Shown here in pieces: positions 1-5,857 of a stretch of 24,436 nucleotides of DNA. The notes beneath the pieces are model-generated. The model was given only the letters and a program-made list of their open reading frames with translations, was not told the origin of the DNA and did not search any database. The position numbers and the translations under genes were made by a program. Source of the stretch: a virus (taxonomy: Duplodnaviria; Caudoviricetes); IMG/VR virus record IMGVR_UViG_3300020043_007930, positions 1 through 24,436 of that record; one strand, 5' to 3'. Every line of letters starts with the position of its first letter. The stretch's first letter is position 1.

Positions 1-16
1 CGGTTGCAGCCAATGT

Positions 17-611
17 GCCAGCACCGCCAGGCGCGCCACAACAGAATAAAGCCGCCCTTTCCCCCGCCGCGTGGCATCCCCCTATCCCATGCCCTTGCAG
101 GCTGGTCGCTATCGCTTCCGCCTTTGCAAGTGCAGCAATGTGTGTCTATCCGCTCTTGGGGGAAAGGGCTTGACGCTTGAAACCCCGCGCCTCCAGCGCG
201 GCAAGCTCTCTTTATTCTTTTGTGAAACCCTCGCGCCTGTAGGTAAAGAGCATTTGAAGATACGAGCGACTAGATCCCGCAACGTCAAAAACAGCGATAC
301 TGAAGTGAAAATCGTTCCGGCACTCGCGCAATTCTCCCGCACGGCGCAAAAAATGCAAGGGGCTTTGGCTGGCGCCGCTTCGCTCATGCCCAACCCGCTG
401 AGTACAGCGGGCTTGCATTTTTTGCTCATTCCGTGCGGGTTGCTAATAAGCCCTGCCTCCACTACCAAGAGCGGATAGACACACATTGCTGCACTTGCAA
501 AGGCGGGAGGCTACCAGCCGACCAGCCTGCAAGGGCGCGGGTGAGGGGGATGCCACGCGGCGGGGGAGAGGGCGGTTTTATTTCTTTGTGTCGCGCCTGG
601 GCGGTTCTGGC
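17..611. repeat. Giant imperfect inverted repeat with nested hairpins
   Basis: Perfect arm pairs: 118-159/465-506 (42 bp), 60-83/544-567 (24 bp), 91-108/519-536 (18 bp). Inner stems: 346-359/412-425 (14 bp) and 336-344/431-439. Confidence 0.95.
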
Positions 612-798
612 GGCGAGCGGTAGCATCGTCCGCCGTTCGTTTTGAAAGTGCGCGTGAGCGGAATGAAGTATCCGTCCTTTATAAATGCTCTCGGCGCTTT
701 TGTTCGGCGAGCGGATCGCACCCGCTCGCGGTCTGCTCTTGCTTATGACGACGCGCCGTACTCGGCGCGGAGCGTGCCGACGGCATGACGCTCTACTC

Positions 799-827
799 TT
801 GACATCGTGTAGCTATTACAGTACAAT
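799..827 (+). promoter_or_regulatory. sigma70-type promoter P1 with overlapping LexA-like box
   Basis: TTGACA(799-804)-17 bp-TACAAT(822-827); AGTACAATTGTTCT (820-833) overlaps the -10. Confidence 0.75.
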
Positions 828-833
828 TGTTCT

Positions 834-921
834 AATCAACCGAACAGGTGAAGAACGTCGAGAGTATGTGAAGCCTGATCGGGACCCACAAAAACGGACA
901 CGTTGCGCGTGTCCGTTTTTG
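834..921 (+). ncRNA. Candidate small RNA 1 (~88 nt)
   Basis: Lies between promoter P1 and an intrinsic terminator, has no credible ORF, and has an internal stem CCGA-A-CAGG/CCTG-A-TCGG. Confidence 0.55.
889..921. terminator. Intrinsic (likely bidirectional) terminator
   Basis: CAAAAACGGACACG-ttgcg-CGTGTCCGTTTTTG, perfect 14-bp arms with A/T tracts. Confidence 0.85.
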
Positions 922-925
922 CTTC

Positions 926-954
926 TTGACTTTTGATTTGTGATTTGCTATTAT
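926..954 (+). promoter_or_regulatory. sigma70-type promoter P2
   Basis: TTGACT(926-931)-17 bp-TATTAT(949-954). Confidence 0.65.
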
Positions 955-959
955 GTCGA

Positions 960-1008
960 TGTCGCTATGACCGTGCCCCCCTCACGGAAACAGGCGGCAT
1001 TTTGTTTT
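960..1008 (+). ncRNA. Candidate small RNA 2 (~50 nt)
   Basis: Follows P2; CCGTG/CACGG hairpin closed by GTCGCT/GGCGGC pairing and followed by a T-rich tract. Confidence 0.4.
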
Positions 1009-1115
1009 TCCGCTCCCTGCCTGCGCTCTTGCGTTAGGGATTGAGGGGAGTTCCCACGACCCGAAAGCCCGACGGCGCGGCACTATCGCGCCGGAACGCC
1101 CAAAGATTTTGCCTC

Positions 1116-1152
1116 TTGACAACTGCAAGACAAAGGCTTATTATGTCTTACA
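1116..1152 (+). promoter_or_regulatory. Promoter P3 (leaderless mRNA) with operator-like inverted repeat
   Basis: TTGACA(1116-1121)-17-TATTAT(1139-1144), with ATG 7 nt downstream; the IR TGCAAGACA...TGTCTTACA spans the -10. Confidence 0.7.
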
Positions 1153-1361
1153 TGGCAACTAAAAACACACACCCCCAAAAAGTTATAAAAAACGTCCCAT
1201 TGACTATTCGATTGGACAGCAGAAAGAACGCAATTATTCAGGGTATCCAGCAGGCTTTATCTGACTCTGTTCGTGGGTCTTTGAATAAAACCGAAGCTAT
1301 CGAAGCTGCCCTCGAAATTGCCGCCGAGAAATTGAATGTCACGCCGAAGCATACAGCGTAA
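1152..1361 (+). CDS. Small ribbon-helix-helix-like DNA-binding protein (69 aa)
   Basis: Beta-strand 'PLTIRL' followed by two helices ('LNKTEAIEAALEIA'); start reassigned to ATG 1152 from promoter spacing. Confidence 0.65.
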   Translation: MATKNTHPQKVIKNVPLTIRLDSRKNAIIQGIQQALSDSVRGSLNKTEAIEAALEIAAEKLNVTPKHTA

Positions 1362-1482
1362 GGCTTGGCACTCGATCTACAAGCATTTGCCACGCCCAGG
1401 ACTAGAACCTTTGGCATGGTACGAAGGCTTGATTATTTTATTGGTCTTGATCTCGATTGCATATTTGTTTTTTGTGAACTAA
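1336..1482 (+). CDS. Small single-pass membrane peptide (48 aa)
   Basis: Manual translation MSRRSIQRKAWHSIYKHLPRPGLEPLAWYEGLIILLVLISIAYLFFVN; overlaps the upstream gene and ends immediately before a hairpin. Confidence 0.6.
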   Translation: MSRRSIQRKAWHSIYKHLPRPGLEPLAWYEGLIILLVLISIAYLFFVN

Positions 1483-1512
1483 CAAGCCCCGCTGGTGAGA
1501 CAGCAGGGCTTG
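1483..1512 (+). terminator. Hairpin/terminator after small membrane peptide
   Basis: CAAGCCCCGCTG-gtgaga-CAGCAGGGCTTG. Confidence 0.55.
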
Positions 1513-1569
1513 GTGTGACGGTCTATCCGTCAGTAGGTTAGTCGGAACCTTACCAACTGAATAGAACTG

Positions 1570-1623
1570 AGCGGGTGGCGGGAATCGAACCCGCGTATTG
1601 TGCTTGGGAAGCACATGTTCTAC
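1570..1623 (-). other. att core (attP-like): 3' part of tRNA-Gly(CCC)
   Basis: The minus strand reads GTAGAAC-A-TGTGC-TTCCCAA-GCACA-ATAC-GCGGGTTCGATTCCCGC-CACCCGCT (anticodon arm, T arm, 3' acceptor strand). The 5' acceptor strand is absent, and the fragment lies ~30 bp from the integrase stop. Confidence 0.9.
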
Positions 1624-1651
1624 AATCTCCGTTCGTGTAGCTGATTATAAA

Positions 1652-2473
1652 TCAGCGTTTGAGTTTGGTCACTGGAAGCCAGGGGCGCATTTTCTCTAGG
1701 CGTATGGCGCGTGTGTACTTTGTGACCATCTGCGACGATTTCCACCTGCCGCCCTCCATGATGAGCCGATCAGGTGCGCCGTTCTCGCTGGCGATGGTAG
1801 CAAACCCGCGCCGGAAGTCATGAACGCCGAGGGTGATACTGATTGACCTGCCCCATTCCCTGACAATCGAATACAGTCCGCCTGGCGTGAGCCCTTCGCC
1901 TGTGACCGTGGACACGAACAAGAAGCCTCTCGGGTTGAGTCGTTGCCTGAATGCTTTCCAGTGTTCGATGTGCGCGGCGGTCTCGTCCGAGAAGATGGCA
2001 AATTCCCACGAACCGCCCTTGACTAATGCCTGTAATATCCTGCGCTCGGTGTCTGTATCGGCTTGCTGAAGGTTGCAGATTTCGGACTCCCTGAGACCTG
2101 TATCGAGCAAGAGCGAAGCGATGGCGAGGTCTCGCGCACCTTTGGCACTATGCCGGTCAAAGGACGCGAGCAGGATTTCAGCGGTTTCCTGTGAGATCGT
2201 GCGCGGCATTTTAGAGCGGATGCGTTTCAAACGGGCGGAGAGAGCGGCGTGAGATTGTCCGTATTTCCATGCAAGATATTTTTGTGATGCCGCCAATGCA
2301 ACGCATTGGCGCGAGTTCCCCCACCCAAATGAACTAATGAGAGCAAGCAACCCCGACGCGGACAGCGCGTCGGGGTCCTTTACTTGCGCGAATATCTGAC
2401 CGAGAACGTCCGCATAGGTGCGTTTTGTGGTCTCTGCATAGGGGTGAGAGTCTAAAAAGGTTTGTATGTCCAT
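1652..2473 (-). CDS. int: Tyrosine recombinase (phage integrase, XerC/D-like)
   Basis: Catalytic motifs TGLRESE (R), VKGG (K), HDFRR (HxxR), GRW, and KY (Tyr); adjacent to a tRNA att core. Confidence 0.93.
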   Translation of the reverse strand: MDIQTFLDSHPYAETTKRTYADVLGQIFAQVKDPDALSASGLLALISSFGWGNSRQCVALAASQKYLAWKYGQSHAALSARLKRIRSKMPRTISQETAEILLASFDRHSAKGARDLAIASLLLDTGLRESEICNLQQADTDTERRILQALVKGGSWEFAIFSDETAAHIEHWKAFRQRLNPRGFLFVSTVTGEGLTPGGLYSIVREWGRSISITLGVHDFRRGFATIASENGAPDRLIMEGGRWKSSQMVTKYTRAIRLEKMRPWLPVTKLKR

Positions 2474-2697
2474 CCGATATATGCTCCAAAATAAAGAGTA
2501 GTGATGATCGGCGGGTGGTTGCCCCCGTTTATTGTCCGGCGTGTGCTGCGCTGGAGTTTGAAAATCAATCCCTGAAAGGTGGTGATGCTTGTAAGGAATG
2601 AGAAAGGTATTACCCGTCCTCGGTGGAGTCTAGCGGGACGACCGAAGGCGGGCAACTGTAGAAAGTATATCAAAAATCCTAAAGGAGTCTAGCAAAA

Positions 2698-3402
2698 ATG
2701 AACGAAAAAGAATACAAACCCAATGGCGCGAAACTGTTTGCCGCGCTGGTCTATATCGGCGTTGTCCTTGCGGCAACGACCTTGTTTATCTCGATGGTGC
2801 TGTCCGCGTTTCCTGCGGACGCCTATTTCTCTCGTGTGGTCATGGGGTTGGCGGGTCTGTTGATCGGCGCTTCCATGCTCGCGTTCCCTGTGGCTCTGCA
2901 TACCTGGACGGTTGAGAAAAACCATCGGCTGGCGACTACTATTCTGTATTACATCGAAATGGCGTTTATCGCTGTCAACACTGTAGTTTCTTTCCTTGTG
3001 TTGCTTGGCAAGAATACCGGCTATGCTGTTCCTGAATGGGCTGTTTTGTACGAACCCTTCTCCGTGGCGGCTATCGTTTATACACTTGCGGCATGGGGCA
3101 CGGTTTTTCTGCTCGACCCTGAACACAAGCGCACACAGAAGGCGCGTGAAGCTGACGAGAAGTTTCACGATCTTGTTGCTGATAAGCGTATGGAGTTTGT
3201 CAATTCTGTGGAAGGCGAGCAAGTCATTTTACAGATTGCGACTGCCGACATCCAGAAGCGTTACGACCCTGAGAATTTCAAGCGCGACAAGCAGCACTTT
3301 GGCGTTGCGCGTGGCGCAGTTCCTGCGCCTACTAATTCTCCGTTCGTGGCAAAGCAGGCGGTATCCCCTTCCCCTTTGCCGAACGACGACGATCAGAGTT
3401 AG
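2698..3402 (+). CDS. 4-TM membrane protein with C-terminal helical tail
   Basis: SD AAAGGAG upstream; four hydrophobic segments. Confidence 0.85.
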   Translation: MNEKEYKPNGAKLFAALVYIGVVLAATTLFISMVLSAFPADAYFSRVVMGLAGLLIGASMLAFPVALHTWTVEKNHRLATTILYYIEMAFIAVNTVVSFLVLLGKNTGYAVPEWAVLYEPFSVAAIVYTLAAWGTVFLLDPEHKRTQKAREADEKFHDLVADKRMEFVNSVEGEQVILQIATADIQKRYDPENFKRDKQHFGVARGAVPAPTNSPFVAKQAVSPSPLPNDDDQS

Positions 3403-3593
3403 TCGGTCGTCGTCGCAAGGTCTGGACTGAATGCGAGTACTGCCATGAGAAATTCAAAAGTACCACGTACAAAGATGGCAGTCCCCGCGCTCGGTTTTGC
3501 TCTGACCTGCACCGTGTGTATTGGAACCGTGAACAGGCTCGAAAGATAGCCGTGGACGCCCAAAATGATACGGTAGGTGTCGTAACAGGTTGA
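3378..3593 (+). CDS. -1 frame extension with CxxC...CSxxH zinc-finger-like domain (frameshift product of 2698 gene)
   Basis: AERRRSELVGRRRKVWTECEYCHEKFKSTTYKDGSPRARFCSDLHRVYWNREQARK...; no start codon precedes the Cys motif, and a slippery heptamer plus hairpin lie at 3372-3415. Confidence 0.6.
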   Translation, partial: AERRRSELVGRRRKVWTECEYCHEKFKSTTYKDGSPRARFCSDLHRVYWNREQARKIAVDAQNDTVGVVTG

Positions 3594-3637
3594 CAAGTCG
3601 GGGGCTGGCGGTTGTCCAGTCCCCGAAGGAGGCTCTA

Positions 3638-3898
3638 ATGTTGCAAAGCCAGTTACCCCAAGGGGTAAAAGATATAGCGAAAGTCTTGAAAGGCACGAAT
3701 TACGGTTTAGCTTGGATGATCATTACTTATCTGACCGACGAGGGAGAATACTACTCCACGGTCACGGTCAAGCCTGAGACCGGCAATACTCGCTCGCAAG
3801 ATACGCTTAAGCGCGAGGACTTGGATACTGCGGTCGCCGACGGCGGGCTGCAACTCAATGAATACATTGAACTGATGGGGGTTCACCATGCCGCGTAA
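3638..3898 (+). CDS. Hypothetical protein (86 aa)
   Basis: SD AAGGAGG before ATG 3638; operon continuity. Confidence 0.75.
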   Translation: MLQSQLPQGVKDIAKVLKGTNYGLAWMIITYLTDEGEYYSTVTVKPETGNTRSQDTLKREDLDTAVADGGLQLNEYIELMGVHHAA

Positions 3899-4376
3899 AA
3901 CTGTCCTTGATACAGAATGGATGCGCCGAGCGCGTCACAATGCTTGGGTTGTGAACTATGAGCGGCGCGAACGAGCGAAAGCGATGGGCGCGGACCGGTG
4001 CGAGATCGTTCTGCGCATTATCGAACGCTATAATTTTCCCATGCCTCAAATGGAGTTGTCCGGCTGGTTAGACAAAGAAGCGAGCGGATTACTGGCGGGC
4101 GAGCGATGCCGTGACGCTTGCGACGCGGCGGGCTTGCTCCGCGCCGACTATGAAATGCTGGCGCGTTGGTATTGGTCGCCGGATGAGTGGCAGATGTACG
4201 TCCGCTCGTTCAATGAACTGCCTGACCCGCAGGGGCAGTATGTCTTTAGTTGGGAGGGTCGCTTTCTTCCTAAAGTTGTACCCATTGGGGCTGTGGATAA
4301 TTCCTGTACAAGTGGGGGGAACTCGGCACTTGTACCCATTCCGCGTGAACTTATCCAGCGCGGGATGAAGCAATAG
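3888..4376 (+). CDS. Hypothetical protein; 3' end overlaps origin-like repeats
   Basis: 162-aa ORF overlapping the previous gene. Confidence 0.7.
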   Translation: MPRKTVLDTEWMRRARHNAWVVNYERRERAKAMGADRCEIVLRIIERYNFPMPQMELSGWLDKEASGLLAGERCRDACDAAGLLRADYEMLARWYWSPDEWQMYVRSFNELPDPQGQYVFSWEGRFLPKVVPIGAVDNSCTSGGNSALVPIPRELIQRGMKQ

Positions 4377-4542
4377 GGGAGTTGTCCTGAGTTGCCCCCG
4401 AACTGCCCCTGATTTGTACACAGGGGCGCGGGGGTAACTTTTGAGAGTAGAGACGTGGCTTTCTTCTATAACAGAGTCGTGACCGGCTTGGAGTTGTACA
4501 CAGTCCCTACTAAGACTACGAAACCAGATAACTATTTATAAA
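4276..4542 (+). other. Putative replication origin (DnaA boxes + DnaA-trio-like repeats + AT-rich tract)
   Basis: Perfect TGTGGATAA at 4292-4300; TTGTACCCA x2, TTGTACACA x2, TTATCCAGC; trios TAC TAA GAC TAC GAA at 4508-4522. Confidence 0.6.
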
Positions 4543-4571
4543 CCCATGTTCTGAAAGATTGGAGTGAACTC

Positions 4572-4877
4572 ATGAAAAGTGCGCTACAGAAATACCTAGA
4601 ACGAAAGTTACATTCGATCACATGTCCTGCTGACGTAGATATTGAGGGCGTGTGTGATTGCGGTCTCGATGCCGCTTGTGCCGAGTTTGAACGAATGAAG
4701 GAAGTCATCAAGACGACCCGCGAAACGCGGGCGGCACAGAAAACTTATTATGATGGTGGTCGTTTACAGGGCGATTTGAGGAAGGCGAAACAATGGGAAA
4801 AAGAACTTGATTTGCGCCTGTCCCGACTGTGGGCGAAAGAACTTCCCGCCGATACCACGCAGGAGCGTTCGTTGTGA
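4572..4877 (+). CDS. Hypothetical protein (HxxxC...CxC motif)
   Basis: SD GGAG; 101-aa ORF. Confidence 0.75.
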   Translation: MKSALQKYLERKLHSITCPADVDIEGVCDCGLDAACAEFERMKEVIKTTRETRAAQKTYYDGGRLQGDLRKAKQWEKELDLRLSRLWAKELPADTTQERSL

Positions 4878-5197
4878 CGGATAACACTCCCCAAAACGAA
4901 GCCCTGACGCCAAACGACGAGCGAGTAATCGCCCGCGCACAAAAACGCCTCAAAAAAGCCTATTTACGCCGTGTCTCTTGGCGAGGTGTAGCGCAAGAGG
5001 TTGGAGTCAATGTATCCTATATCTTCCGCCTGTGTGAATATGGCACGGTCCCGCGCAATCCTGATATCCGCTACAAGCTAGGACTTCCGCGTGTGATGCC
5101 GAGCGAGCGCAAGCGCAAGCCTCGGCGCGTGCCGGTGAAAGTCGGCGCGCCTGGGTGGGAGGAAGTCTATTTCAAGAAGGTGAAGGTGAAGCGATGA
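4874..5197 (+). CDS. HTH (Cro/XRE-like) DNA-binding protein
   Basis: GTGA overlap start; 'SWRGVAQEVGVNVSYIFRLCEYGTVP' fits an HTH pattern. Confidence 0.7.
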   Translation: MTDNTPQNEALTPNDERVIARAQKRLKKAYLRRVSWRGVAQEVGVNVSYIFRLCEYGTVPRNPDIRYKLGLPRVMPSERKRKPRRVPVKVGAPGWEEVYFKKVKVKR

Positions 5198-5343
5198 AAA
5201 CAATACTTATTGCATTGGCTTACGTTCTAGGGGTTAGGTTCTTCAATGCGCGCGGGATTGAGAGCGGATTACTCTTTACTCTGTGGTTGTTAGGTGTTCC
5301 GCTTGTCGCCGGCGTACTTATGGCATTGGGTATCCTGAAATGA
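5194..5343 (+). CDS. Small 2-TM membrane protein (49 aa)
   Basis: ATGA overlaps at both ends; hydrophobic. Confidence 0.65.
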   Translation: MKTILIALAYVLGVRFFNARGIESGLLFTLWLLGVPLVAGVLMALGILK

Positions 5344-5624
5344 CCCGACTGTGCGGCGAGTGCTCGCGCCCCTGCAAGAAGCACGGCGAGCTTCGCCGCT
5401 TGGGTTCGTTCCTTGATCAGATTGTTACCTGTCCGGCGTGTGGCTGGTGTGGTGTAGAAAGTGAGGTGATAGAACATGAGAATTTTATACAGTTGGGTTT
5501 ATTTGATGCTCTTGACTCTGGCTTGCCAGAGTTCGGCGCTCGCGCCCATGAAAGAGGCGACGACGGAGAGCAAGCCGACGGCGGCGCCGACCGTGCCGAC
5601 ACAGGTTCAGGGCGTGAGTCGTGA
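5340..5624 (+). CDS. Zinc-ribbon protein
   Basis: ATGA-coupled start; CGEC...CPAC; overlaps the next gene by ~150 bp. Confidence 0.5.
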   Translation: MTRLCGECSRPCKKHGELRRLGSFLDQIVTCPACGWCGVESEVIEHENFIQLGLFDALDSGLPEFGARAHERGDDGEQADGGADRADTGSGRES

Positions 5625-5805
5625 AGTGTGCGCGGAGTCGTTGTGGGTGCGCGTTGCGCCGATGGGGGAGCGGCGCGGGCATGTCTCGCAAGGTGAGACG
5701 CTTCAAGTCTTTGAGCCGGTGGATGGTTGGTCGCAGGTCGCGGCGGGCAAGTGGCGCGGGCTGTGGGTGCGGGAGTCTTGGCTGTGCAGGACCGCCACGC
5801 CATAA
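5476..5805 (+). CDS. Lipoprotein with SH3b-like domain
   Basis: Signal peptide with lipobox 'TLAC', P/T-rich linker, and an SH3b-like pattern 'LWVRVAP...GETLQV...DGWSQV...WV'. Confidence 0.75.
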   Translation: MRILYSWVYLMLLTLACQSSALAPMKEATTESKPTAAPTVPTQVQGVSREVCAESLWVRVAPMGERRGHVSQGETLQVFEPVDGWSQVAAGKWRGLWVRESWLCRTATP

Positions 5806-5822
5806 AGAGCGATGCGGGATCT

Positions 5823-5855
5823 AAAAAGCGGACGGCATTCAGCCGTCCGCTTTTT
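5823..5855. terminator. Bidirectional intrinsic terminator between convergent operons
   Basis: AAAAAGCGGACGGC-attca-GCCGTCCGCTTTTT. Confidence 0.9.
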
Positions 5856-5857
5856 GT

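Noticed and set aside
71-936. ORFs 71-478, 109-486, 433-645, 685-936
   Set aside because: They have no SD or protein-like motifs and overlap the giant inverted repeat, promoters and terminator
1570-1645. Intact tRNA-Gly gene
   Set aside because: There is no 5' GCGGGTG acceptor strand or complete D arm; only the 3' ~54 nt are present
1652-2473. Integrase as the integron integrase (IntI) for the cassette array
   Set aside because: It lacks the IntI-specific insertion before patch III, is 17 kb from the array, and abuts a tRNA att core like an ordinary phage integrase
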